DNA from: an uncultured delta proteobacterium | Lineage (GTDB): Bacteria > Myxococcota > B64-G9 | DNA length: 64,000 bases | NCBI GenBank assembly: GCA_963754925.1 | Contig: CAVWHX010000011.1 | Location: 1-64,000, forward strand | Reading direction: 5' to 3' | Shown here: positions 18,622-27,718 of the stretch, piece by piece | Position numbering within the stretch: position 1 is the first letter of the stretch | Layout: the number at the start of each line of letters is the position of its first letter | The notes under the pieces: generated by a model | Told to the model about the DNA's origin: nothing | Seen by the model: only the letters and a program-made list of their open reading frames with translations | Database searches by the model: none | Translations under genes and position numbers: made by a program

Positions 18622-20878
18622 TCAGCGCCCCGACGTCCAACACCAAGATGGTTTGCTGGCTCGCCAGGTTAGTGGCACCGGCGATACCGGGAACGCCAGA
18701 TAGCATTTTCCCCAGCGACTTGATCACGATGTCCTGCTGTCCAACTAAATCATCCACGACAATCCCCAGTCGGTTTTGTGCCAGCCCCACGACCACCACA
18801 TACAAACCCTCGCGCTGTTCCTGGTCAGAACCTTTGAGCTCAAAGAGATCCGATAGGCGCAGCAAGGGTAGCGTGTTGCCGCGCAATTCGATCACCTCAT
18901 GTCGCTCGATGGTGCGGACACGCTTCGCCTCAACATTGAAAATTTCTAGAACCGAATTGAGCGGGATGGCGTACAGATGCTCCGACACTTTGATTATCAG
19001 AGCTCGAATGATGGCCAGGGTAATCGGAAGCGTGATCACCATACGGGTCCCCGCGCCTGCCGTCGACTCGAGGTCGATCATCCCGCTGAGGTTGGCGATA
19101 TTGGTCTTGACCACGTCGAGGCCGACCCCGCGCCCCGAAAGCTCGCTCACCGTCTTACTGGTTGAGAAACCCGGCAAGAAAATCATATTCATGAGATCGC
19201 GCCTGCTGATATCTTCAATGTGGTCAGCTTGGAGCAGGCCCCGTTCAAGCGCCACCGATCGAATCTCGTCGAGATCGATGCCTTTGCCGTCGTCGCCGAC
19301 TTCAATGACCACATGGTTGCCTTTTTGGTACGCGCGGACGTCGATTACTCCGGTGGGTGGTTTGCCAGCCTGGACCCGTTGCTCGGGAGACTCGATCCCG
19401 TGATCGATTGCGTTGCGTAATATATGCATCAAGGGATCCGCCAGATCTTCAACGATCAATTTGTCGAGCTCGGTTTCCGCGCCGCTGATGCGCAGGTCCA
19501 CTTCCTTGCCGGCGCTACGCGAGAGCTTCCGCACCATGCGTGAGAGCTTCTCGAAGTTCTGCCCGAGCTGAACCATGCGAACTTCCATGATCCCGACTTG
19601 CAGCTCATCGAGCTTGCGCTCAAAGTTACGCACTTCCTTATACAGGTCGACCGCCAATCCCGTAAAACCTTGTTCAACCTTGAGCTGATCCGAGATGCCT
19701 TGGATAGCGGTGCGCACCAGCACCAGCTCACCGACGATGTTCATCAAGATGTCCAGCTTACGGATATCAACGCGGACCGTCTGGCTGACACTGCGCAGCG
19801 ACGCCAGCTCACGCTCGGGGGCGGCATCCGCGGCAGGCTTATCAAGTGCCGTCCGAAAGGGAACCGGTTTACTCGTGATAGTCACACTTTCCTGTTCAGC
19901 GTCCGCCGTCTTAATTATTTTATTGATTGGCTTGGTCGGTCGTTCCTCACCATCGTCTTCCGATTCGGGCGTCTCTGGTTGGTCTGTTGCGCTATCACTA
20001 TCTTCCGGGGATGGTTGACTAACCGCCGATGGCGCTCCAAAAGACCGCTTTCCCGTCGCGCCCGCGGCGGGTACCGGGGCGGTCGACGTCTGCCCGCTTC
20101 CGGCTGGCGCGCTGCCGCCGCGGCTCAACAGCGCCACCGTAATGTCCGGGTTGGCAACGCGCTCTATGAGTTGTTCTAAAGAAAGTTCGCTGCCGACAAT
20201 CAGATCGAAGTCAATTCCGTTCTCGCGGGCGGTTTCGGGACTGGGCAACGTCGTAACCAACTCGCCAAGACCCTTAAGTGCGGTGCTGAGGATTGCGAGA
20301 CTCTCATCAAAATTCATCAACACAAAAGCCGCATGAACCTTGTAGAGATTTATTCCGCGCCGAACATTGTCTATCAGTCGGTATTCCTCGTACTCCGTGA
20401 GCACTCCCAGGATTGCCGGATCAATAGCTATATGAGCCAGGAAATCCTTCTGAATCGCGGGTTGGCTGACCGACATTACTTTTTCGAGGTTTTTTTGCCA
20501 ACTGGACAGAATTTTCTTCGAGACCTTGCTGCCCCCACTCGCCTCGGCAATGAGCCCATTGAACAGTTCGATCGACTCAAAGAGAGCATCCACCACCTCG
20601 GCTGAAATCGCCACCTTTCCCATTCGCAATAAATCGAGCAGGCTTTCAAGGGTATGCGCGCTATCGGCAATGCGCTTGATTCCAAACATGCCCGACAAGC
20701 CTTTGAGCGAATGGGCCGCACGGAATATGTTGTTAAGTAAATCTTGATCCTGTTTGCCGCGTTTAGCTTGGTCGTCGAGTTGCAGAACATCGCGGTTGAG
20801 GTTTTCAACGATTTCCTGCGCCTCGGAAAGAAACTCGCCGATGGCTTTTTCACCCACGCCTTCCAGGTGGTCGGTCAT
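18596..20878 (-). CDS. cheA: Chemotaxis histidine kinase CheA
   Basis: Hpt FRAAHSLKG; HILRNAIDHGIE; SGRGVGLDVV; C-terminal CheW domain. Confidence 0.96.
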   Translation of the reverse strand: MTDHLEGVGEKAIGEFLSEAQEIVENLNRDVLQLDDQAKRGKQDQDLLNNIFRAAHSLKGLSGMFGIKRIADSAHTLESLLDLLRMGKVAISAEVVDALFESIELFNGLIAEASGGSKVSKKILSSWQKNLEKVMSVSQPAIQKDFLAHIAIDPAILGVLTEYEEYRLIDNVRRGINLYKVHAAFVLMNFDESLAILSTALKGLGELVTTLPSPETARENGIDFDLIVGSELSLEQLIERVANPDITVALLSRGGSAPAGSGQTSTAPVPAAGATGKRSFGAPSAVSQPSPEDSDSATDQPETPESEDDGEERPTKPINKIIKTADAEQESVTITSKPVPFRTALDKPAADAAPERELASLRSVSQTVRVDIRKLDILMNIVGELVLVRTAIQGISDQLKVEQGFTGLAVDLYKEVRNFERKLDELQVGIMEVRMVQLGQNFEKLSRMVRKLSRSAGKEVDLRISGAETELDKLIVEDLADPLMHILRNAIDHGIESPEQRVQAGKPPTGVIDVRAYQKGNHVVIEVGDDGKGIDLDEIRSVALERGLLQADHIEDISRRDLMNMIFLPGFSTSKTVSELSGRGVGLDVVKTNIANLSGMIDLESTAGAGTRMVITLPITLAIIRALIIKVSEHLYAIPLNSVLEIFNVEAKRVRTIERHEVIELRGNTLPLLRLSDLFELKGSDQEQREGLYVVVVGLAQNRLGIVVDDLVGQQDIVIKSLGKMLSGVPGIAGATNLASQQTILVLDVGALIEETLSRE

Positions 20879-21252
20879 TCTTGGCCCTTTAGGAATTGCT
20901 CAGCCATGCCGAGTAATGCATCGGGTGCAAAGGGCTTGACCAAATATGCGTTGGCGCCGAGCTGTAGCCCTCGTTCGCGGTCCCGTTGGCTCGACTCGGT
21001 CGAGATGATGATCAGCGGAGTTTTTTTATATTTTTCGGCCTCGCGGATAAACCGAATCAACTCAAGTCCGTTGATATCCGGCATATTGATATCGGTGATG
21101 ATAAGCTTATACGTCTTACGCGGCAACTGTTTGAGGGCTTCAAAACCCGAGGAGGCCTCGCTTACCACCACCCCCTCGACCTGCTCCAACGTCGAGGCAA
21201 TGAACGACCTCATAGCCGCGGAATCCTCGACCACCAGCACGTCATAAGGCAC
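20875..21252 (-). CDS. cheY: CheY-like response regulator
   Basis: VVEDS, ITDINMPDING, YLVKP. Confidence 0.9.
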   Translation of the reverse strand: MPYDVLVVEDSAAMRSFIASTLEQVEGVVVSEASSGFEALKQLPRKTYKLIITDINMPDINGLELIRFIREAEKYKKTPLIIISTESSQRDRERGLQLGANAYLVKPFAPDALLGMAEQFLKGQE

Positions 21253-21480
21253 GCTCCACCTCCCTAACCTAACTGCTTTATGTACCCTTCACGGAAAGAA
21301 CATGATTTGGCGAAAGCGCCCACTTAATAGAAATGTTTCATCGGGTTGGACTGAAAGTCAAGTTATCGGCACCGGCAACCGCGCTCAAGACCTCTTGGCT
21401 AGGGTATTAATGTGATTATAGACTCGTTTGCGCTGATGTTTTATGACCATGTTGGTGAATTAGTTTGTAGGAGAAATACC

Positions 21481-22131
21481 TTGTTACTCGGTGATTTTGG
21501 CACCACGTGGACAAAGATCCTCGATACGGCAACCGGCACGCACCAGGTCATGCCAACCCACGAGGCGAGCCGTCTCTCGGTCGATGTGGCCACCGGCCAT
21601 AACGCCTATCATCACGCACCCCGCTCGATTAATGAGTTGTTGGCGCTGGTTGTCGGAGGGTTGAGCCGGCTTGGGAATGGACCATGGATTCTCGTCGATG
21701 TCGGTTCGCGGGATCTCAAACTGGTTAAGGTCGAGGATGGCCGTCCGGTTCGCATGGAATGGAACAACGCCTGCGGCGCATTAACCGGTTTTACGCTCGA
21801 GTTGTTGGGGCGATACTTCCAACTTGATTTTTCCCGTATCGCACCGGCCGACGAGCCGAGCGCCTTTACCTGCGGGGTGTTTGGTATAGAACGCTTGTTT
21901 GACCAGATCGCCCAAGGCAGTTCCATCGAATTGGCCATAGCCCGCTTTGTGTGCGGTCTTGCGCGTCAAACCCACGCATTTCTCAACCGACCACAATCTT
22001 TTTATCTATCGGGCGGCATGTGCGAAAACCCACTTTTTTTACGGAGCTTCCCGCGGGGCGTCGACGTGCATACCCTCGGAAGGTTTTTGTTGTTGGATGG
22101 TCTTCTCATTGAAAGCGGTCTGAAGCGATGA
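21481..22131 (+). CDS. Short BadF/BcrAD/acyl-CoA dehydratase activase-like ASKHA ATPase
   Basis: GDFGTTWTK, ATG, DVGSRDLK, N.ACG, TCGVF, LSGG; TTG start after AGGAG. Confidence 0.75.
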   Translation: MLLGDFGTTWTKILDTATGTHQVMPTHEASRLSVDVATGHNAYHHAPRSINELLALVVGGLSRLGNGPWILVDVGSRDLKLVKVEDGRPVRMEWNNACGALTGFTLELLGRYFQLDFSRIAPADEPSAFTCGVFGIERLFDQIAQGSSIELAIARFVCGLARQTHAFLNRPQSFYLSGGMCENPLFLRSFPRGVDVHTLGRFLLLDGLLIESGLKR

Positions 22132-23159
22132 CCCGTGCAATCGGCATGTGTTCCGGTGGGTTGGATAGTCTTCTGGCCTTACGGGTTGTGCAAGAAATGG
22201 GAATAGAAGCAATCGCGCTCCACTGCGTAATCGGCTTTGAGGCTCCAGCGCTGCGTCGCCGGATTGCAGAATTCGATAGCCACTTGCAAATACCGGCGGA
22301 GGTTGAACGAATCGCGGTTCAGCATGAATTGCTCGATCTACGCTTAGAATTCCTGCACGTTCTCGCCCGACCGGTCCATGGCTTCGGCGCAAACCTCAAT
22401 CCCTGTATAGACTGCAAAATTCTCATGCTGAGCCGGGCCAAGGCGCGCATGCAGCAGTTGGATGCAGCATTCGTTTTCACCGGCGAGGTACTCGACCAAC
22501 GCCCGATGAGCCAGCGACGGCAGACCCTTGAGCTGATTGCGAGAGAGAGCGGCCTCGGCGATCGCCTGGTCCGGCCACTGTGCGGCGTCCATCTCCCGCC
22601 CACTTGGCCGGAACAGACCGGGGTGCTGCGGCGCGATCAACTGATGGATTTGCACGGGCGCGGACGCACCAGCCAAATGGAGCTTGCCGCGAAACTGGGC
22701 GTGCAGGCGTACCCGACGCCCGCCGGCGGGTGTTTGTTGACCGATCCGGGCTACGCCCGGCGTGCACGCGATCTACGCGAACGCCGCCCCGGAAAGGTAC
22801 TACTCATCGACGATCCGTTGTTGTTGCTGCTTGGCCGTCACATGGCTTTGCCGGGAGCTGCCCGGGCGATAATCGGCCGCAACGAAATTGAAAACACTGC
22901 TATCGAACACTTCGTGTCGTACGGGGTGCTGCTTACCGCCGAAGAAACGCCCGGCCCGACGACGCTGGTTGAAGACACGCCGAAAGACACCGATCTCGAA
23001 GCCGCCGCACAGCTCACCGCCTGGTATGGCAAGGGTCGTTCGCTGGCGCGGGTGATGGTGCGCTGCCGTGCCCCTGACGGATCCATGACCCGCCTTGAGG
23101 TTTCCCCCGCGCAGCCTTCCGGGGCGACGATGCTCAATGCAACTGCCGCGGAGAGGTAG
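22128..23159 (+). CDS. tRNA thiouridylase-like PP-loop ATPase (MnmA/ThiI-related)
   Basis: SGGLDS PP-loop; NPCIDCK; GEVL.QRPMSQ; GGCLLTD. Confidence 0.8.
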   Translation: MTRAIGMCSGGLDSLLALRVVQEMGIEAIALHCVIGFEAPALRRRIAEFDSHLQIPAEVERIAVQHELLDLRLEFLHVLARPVHGFGANLNPCIDCKILMLSRAKARMQQLDAAFVFTGEVLDQRPMSQRRQTLELIARESGLGDRLVRPLCGVHLPPTWPEQTGVLRRDQLMDLHGRGRTSQMELAAKLGVQAYPTPAGGCLLTDPGYARRARDLRERRPGKVLLIDDPLLLLLGRHMALPGAARAIIGRNEIENTAIEHFVSYGVLLTAEETPGPTTLVEDTPKDTDLEAAAQLTAWYGKGRSLARVMVRCRAPDGSMTRLEVSPAQPSGATMLNATAAER

Positions 23160-23207
23160 GGGCGGACCGAGGTGTCCACCCTCCCTTGCCTATCAGGGCG
23201 AACACGT

Positions 23208-24752
23208 GGGGCCTGTTGCCCAAACCAATAGCATTCTCGATCAAAAATGATATCATCTGGAGCATCCAGGAGGTGCTTCGATGATGGGACATCAGCCACC
23301 CCCGCAGTCCAAACTCTTCTATACCGGATTCCAGTTGGACAAGCGAGTGCGACGTGACCATCCTCTGAGGAAGATTAGCACGGTTGTCGATTTCGATTTC
23401 ACCTACAAAGAAGTGGTGGAAACATACGGCGATAACGGCAACGTCTCGGTGCCTCCTCCTGTTCTGCTCAAGCTCATGCTTCTATTGGTGTTCTACAATG
23501 TTCGTTCCGAGCGCGAGCTGATGGAGACGCTACCGGAGCGACTCGATTGGTTGTGGTTCCTTGGCTACGATCTGGATGATGAAGTACCGAACCACAGCGT
23601 GCTTTCGAAAGCCCGGAAGCGCTGGGGACGTGAGTTGTTCCAGCGTTTCTTTGAGCGCGTGGTGAGGCAGTGTGTTGCGGCTGGACTGGTTGACGGGCGC
23701 AAGATATTCGTCGATGCGAGCCTTATCGATGCGGATGCTTCGCAGGACTCGGTTGTGGATACGAGAGACCTGAACGAGCAGCTGTCAAAGAAGTATCGGC
23801 AACTCGAAGCACGGCTCGACGAAGCGCCGAGCGCGAGAGAACCGGGACCGTACACCGAAGAGAACCTGCGCTATGTATCGGCAACCGATCCGGATGCGGC
23901 GTTGATGAAGCGCGGGGAGTCGAAGTTGCGGTACCAGAGTCATCGAGCGGTCGAAGGCAGCAGCGAGATTATCACAGCGACGGCGTTGACCCCGGGTGAT
24001 GTAAGCGAAGACCAGTTATTGATGGCGCTTAAGGAAGACCACGAGGCGACCACGGGGGAGTCGGTTCAGACGGTAGTTGCAGACAGCAAGTATGGAACGA
24101 AAGAGAACTACCTGGCGTGCCGGGATGCGGGGATTCAGGCACACATTCCGGCATTTCAGGGAGGTACGGACAAGCGTTTGGAGAAGCGCGGCCTGTTTAT
24201 GGAAGAGCGCTTTGTGTTTGACGCCAAACGGGACGTGTTTGTGTGCCCCGCGGGCCAGGAGCTACGGCGTAGGACCGTGCACGCCCGTCGGCAGAGCATA
24301 GAATATGCCGCTTCGAAGCGAATCTGCGCGATGTGCGAATTGAGAGACCAGTGCACGACGAGCAAGTCGGGTCGCACAGTCGGCCGACATCTCCGTCAGG
24401 ATGAGTTGGACGAGATGGTGAGAGCTTCGAAATCGACGTTGTCGCGTCGGGATCTCAAGCGTCGGCAGCACGTGTGCGAAGGGTCGTTTGGCGCGGCGAA
24501 GCGATACGGTTACAAACGCGCGCGCTGGCGTAGACTGTGGCGGGTAGAAATACAAAACTATCTGATCTGTACCGTACAGAACATTACAAAGTTGATCAGG
24601 AGCTGTGACGAGCGCAAATGTGAGGCAGTCAGCCTTGCCAATCGTATAATCGGGTGTATTGACGAACTGCTGTATAGTCGTATCGTACAAGCAGAGGCGG
24701 TACAGATATAACTGGATGAGTTTTACGAAAGGTTATTCGGGCAACAGGCCCC
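23208..24752 (+). mobile_element. IS1182-family insertion sequence
   Basis: TIRs GGGGCCTGTTGCCCAAA / TTCGGGCAACAGGCCCC flanking the transposase; exact ends uncertain by a few bp. Confidence 0.85.
23281..24711 (+). CDS. IS1182-family transposase
   Basis: DHPLRKI, RSEREL, WFLG, PNHS, VDAS, TDPDA, ADSKYG, CP.G/C..C..R..C zinc motif, EGSFG. Confidence 0.92.
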   Translation: MMGHQPPPQSKLFYTGFQLDKRVRRDHPLRKISTVVDFDFTYKEVVETYGDNGNVSVPPPVLLKLMLLLVFYNVRSERELMETLPERLDWLWFLGYDLDDEVPNHSVLSKARKRWGRELFQRFFERVVRQCVAAGLVDGRKIFVDASLIDADASQDSVVDTRDLNEQLSKKYRQLEARLDEAPSAREPGPYTEENLRYVSATDPDAALMKRGESKLRYQSHRAVEGSSEIITATALTPGDVSEDQLLMALKEDHEATTGESVQTVVADSKYGTKENYLACRDAGIQAHIPAFQGGTDKRLEKRGLFMEERFVFDAKRDVFVCPAGQELRRRTVHARRQSIEYAASKRICAMCELRDQCTTSKSGRTVGRHLRQDELDEMVRASKSTLSRRDLKRRQHVCEGSFGAAKRYGYKRARWRRLWRVEIQNYLICTVQNITKLIRSCDERKCEAVSLANRIIGCIDELLYSRIVQAEAVQI

Positions 24753-24790
24753 CTGGGTCCGCCCCTACAACGAATCGTACGAGATTGCGT

Positions 24791-26209
24791 TCATTCGGTT
24801 TCGTCGTCAGGCCCGTGATCGGTTTCTTCGGCGTGCGGATCAAGCGCGCTCAGTTTACGATAGACGGTCCGGGTCGCCACCCCCAGGATTTTAGCCGCCA
24901 GGTTTTTGTCGCCGTGGGTGGCCGCCAACGTCTCGCGCAGCAACGTCAGCTCCGCCTCTTCCATGGTCGTGCCGACCGTTAAGTCGATCCCCCGACCATC
25001 GAGCTGACCGGCAGCAGTATGGCTGGCGTGCTCGGCCAAATGCTCAGGCAAATCATCCACGTCGATGATCGGGTCTTTGGACAACACCACCGCCCGTTCG
25101 ATGACGTTTTCCAACTCGCGCACATTGCCCGGCCACGGGTAGCGGGCGAGAGCATCAATCGCTCGCGCGGTGAACCCTTCCATGCGCTTATCATTCTTGC
25201 CTGCGTAGCGCCGTAAAAAGAAATTGGCTAGCATGGGAACATCCCCGGTGCGTTCGCGCAGCGCCGGAACGCGCACGTGAATGACGTTGAGGCGATAGAA
25301 TAAATCCTCGCGGAAGCGACCCTCCTTGACCTGCGCAACCAGATCGCGGTTGGTGGCAGCCACCAGCCGCAGGTCAACCTTGATGGTTTCGTTTGAGCCG
25401 AGACGTTCTATTTCACCGTCTTGAAGGACGCGTAGAAGCTTGACCTGCGTGGCTGGGCTCATCTCGCACACTTCATCGAGAAAGAGCGTGCCACGATGCG
25501 CCGCTTCAAAACGCCCCTCGCGACGGCGATCGGCGCCGGTGAAGGCGCCGCGTTCGTACCCGAACAACTCGCTTTCGAGAATACTCTCGGGCAGGGCGGC
25601 GCAGTTGATAGGCACAAAGGGTTGGCTGGCCCGCGGGCTGAGTCGATGCATGGCCCGCGCAAGGACCTCTTTGCCGGTGCCGCTTTCGCCGGTCAACAAA
25701 ACGGTTGCGCTTGAGGGGCCAGCCTGACGTATCGTCTCCAAGGCGCGTACGAAGGCCGGGCTCTGGCCGATGAGATCGGCCGGCCGCAAGGTTTCGAGCT
25801 CCTGACGCAACGCGCGGTTTTCGATCACCAAGCTCTGTTTCTCGATTGCCTGCTGAACAACCTTGGCAATCAGGAGTTTCTTGAGCGGCTTGGTGACAAA
25901 GTCATACGCTCCCTCCTTCATAGCCTCAACTGCGCTTTCGACCGTTCCATAGGCGGTCATCACCACCACCTCGGTCTCGGGCGAGACCGTCCGACATGCC
26001 CTCAGCAGCTCGCTTCCGCTCATCCCGGGCATTACCAAATCGGTCAACAAAACATGTACGTGGTGCTTACGCAACAGATCGAGCGCCTCGTGTCCCGATC
26101 GTGCGGTCAAGGCATGGTATCCTTCGCGATCGAAAATGCGTTTGAGCGTTTCGAGGTGAGACGCTTCGTCATCTACCAGGAGAATAGTTTTGGCTGAATC
26201 CCTTTCCAT
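24791..26209 (-). CDS. Sigma54-dependent response regulator (NtrC/AtoC family)
   Basis: REC + GESGTGKE + GAFTGA + C-terminal HTH. Confidence 0.95.
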   Translation of the reverse strand: MERDSAKTILLVDDEASHLETLKRIFDREGYHALTARSGHEALDLLRKHHVHVLLTDLVMPGMSGSELLRACRTVSPETEVVVMTAYGTVESAVEAMKEGAYDFVTKPLKKLLIAKVVQQAIEKQSLVIENRALRQELETLRPADLIGQSPAFVRALETIRQAGPSSATVLLTGESGTGKEVLARAMHRLSPRASQPFVPINCAALPESILESELFGYERGAFTGADRRREGRFEAAHRGTLFLDEVCEMSPATQVKLLRVLQDGEIERLGSNETIKVDLRLVAATNRDLVAQVKEGRFREDLFYRLNVIHVRVPALRERTGDVPMLANFFLRRYAGKNDKRMEGFTARAIDALARYPWPGNVRELENVIERAVVLSKDPIIDVDDLPEHLAEHASHTAAGQLDGRGIDLTVGTTMEEAELTLLRETLAATHGDKNLAAKILGVATRTVYRKLSALDPHAEETDHGPDDETE

Positions 26210-26368
26210 CAGTCACCTTTTGAAGCCGTTGTGGATTTTCAGTTGAAAAAGATCCACCGCTTGGCTAACAATGATTCAACGTTATCGTGCATTACATCGT
26301 CCTGACAACGAATTTCTTCATAGGGAAACCCAGGGGCTCATGTTCCGAAACACCGCGAAAGGACTTTT

Positions 26369-27706
26369 ATGGCCAATACGATGCAGTCGTTTATGAACTA
26401 TGTCGTCTTACGAAACCCCGGCGAGGTTGAGTTTCATCAAGCCGTACAAGAAGTAGTGGAATCAATCTGGCCGATACTGGAAAAAACTCCTCGATACCAG
26501 TCCGCCAAAATTCTCGAGCGCATGGTCGAACCGGAGCGCGTCATCATGTTTCGCGTGCCCTGGGTTGACGATCAGGGCCGCATCAGCATCAACCGCGGCT
26601 ATCGAATTGAAATGAACAGCGCCATCGGCCCGTACAAAGGCGGTCTGCGTTTCCATCCCTCGGTGACGTTGAGTATTTTGAAATTCTTGGCCTTCGAACA
26701 GGTGTTTAAAAACAGCCTCACCACGCTGCCCATCGGGGGCGGCAAAGGCGGCAGCGATTTCGATCCCAAGGGCAAGAGCAACGCCGAGGTGATGCGCTTC
26801 TGCCAGAGCTTCATGCTCGAGCTCGCCCGCCATATCGGCCCCAACACCGATATCCCGGCTGGTGACATCGGCGTCGGCAGCCGCGAAATCGGTTACCTGT
26901 TCGGGATGTACAAAAAGGTTCGTAACGAGTTCACGGGCGTCCTCACCGGAAAAAATATCAATTGGGGAGGCAGCCTCATCCGCCCCGAAGCCACCGGTTA
27001 CGGCGCAACCTACTTTACCGAGGAGATGCTCAAGACCACGGGCGATTCGATCGACGGCAAAACCATCACCATCACCGGTTATGGAAATGTCGGAACCTGG
27101 TTGATACACAAGATCAATCAACTTGGCGGGAACGTTGTCACCATCGCGGATGAATATGGGTTTGTGCACGATCCCGGCGGCATCAAGGGCGATAAACTAT
27201 CCTTCTTGATGGACCTGTGGACCGTCAAGCGCAAGTCGGCCAAGGCGTATGCCGACGAGTTCAAGCTGCGCTGGGTTGAGAACCAGCGACCCTGGTCGGT
27301 GCCGTGCGATGTAGCCATCCCAACCGCCACCCAAAACGAACTTGACGGTGAAAACGCGAAGACGCTTCTTGCCAACGGCTGCGGCTGCGTGACCGAGGCC
27401 GCCAACATGCCCTGCACGCTCGAGGCAATCAAGATTTTTCATGATGCGAAAATTCTCTTTGCGCCGGGCAAGGCCGCCAACGCCGGCGGCGTGGCCACCT
27501 CTGGTTTTGAGATGTCGCAAAACAGCATGCGGTTGAGTTGGAGCCGCGAGGAGGTCGACCAGCGCCTCCATTGGATTATGAAGTCCATCCATGAGGTGTG
27601 CGTGGAGTACGGCCGGGAGGGCGACTTTGTCAACTACCTCAAGGGCGCCAATATTGGCGGATTCATCAAAGTTGCCGACGCGATGATCGATCAGGGGTTG
27701 GTATAA
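26369..27706 (+). CDS. gdhA: Glutamate dehydrogenase (NADP-specific GdhA type)
   Basis: GPYKGGLRFHP, GGGKGGSDFDP, PAGDIGVG, RPEATGYG, KAANAGGV. Confidence 0.96.
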   Translation: MANTMQSFMNYVVLRNPGEVEFHQAVQEVVESIWPILEKTPRYQSAKILERMVEPERVIMFRVPWVDDQGRISINRGYRIEMNSAIGPYKGGLRFHPSVTLSILKFLAFEQVFKNSLTTLPIGGGKGGSDFDPKGKSNAEVMRFCQSFMLELARHIGPNTDIPAGDIGVGSREIGYLFGMYKKVRNEFTGVLTGKNINWGGSLIRPEATGYGATYFTEEMLKTTGDSIDGKTITITGYGNVGTWLIHKINQLGGNVVTIADEYGFVHDPGGIKGDKLSFLMDLWTVKRKSAKAYADEFKLRWVENQRPWSVPCDVAIPTATQNELDGENAKTLLANGCGCVTEAANMPCTLEAIKIFHDAKILFAPGKAANAGGVATSGFEMSQNSMRLSWSREEVDQRLHWIMKSIHEVCVEYGREGDFVNYLKGANIGGFIKVADAMIDQGLV

Positions 27707-27718
27707 GGCGGCGTCAGC

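Larger units (their letters stand above)
23156..24768. repeat. GTAG-type REP doublet split by the IS1182 insertion (arms 23156-23207 and 24753-24768)
   Basis: GTAGGGGCGGACC...GGGCGAACAC on the left; GGTCCGCCCCTAC on the right. Confidence 0.75.
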
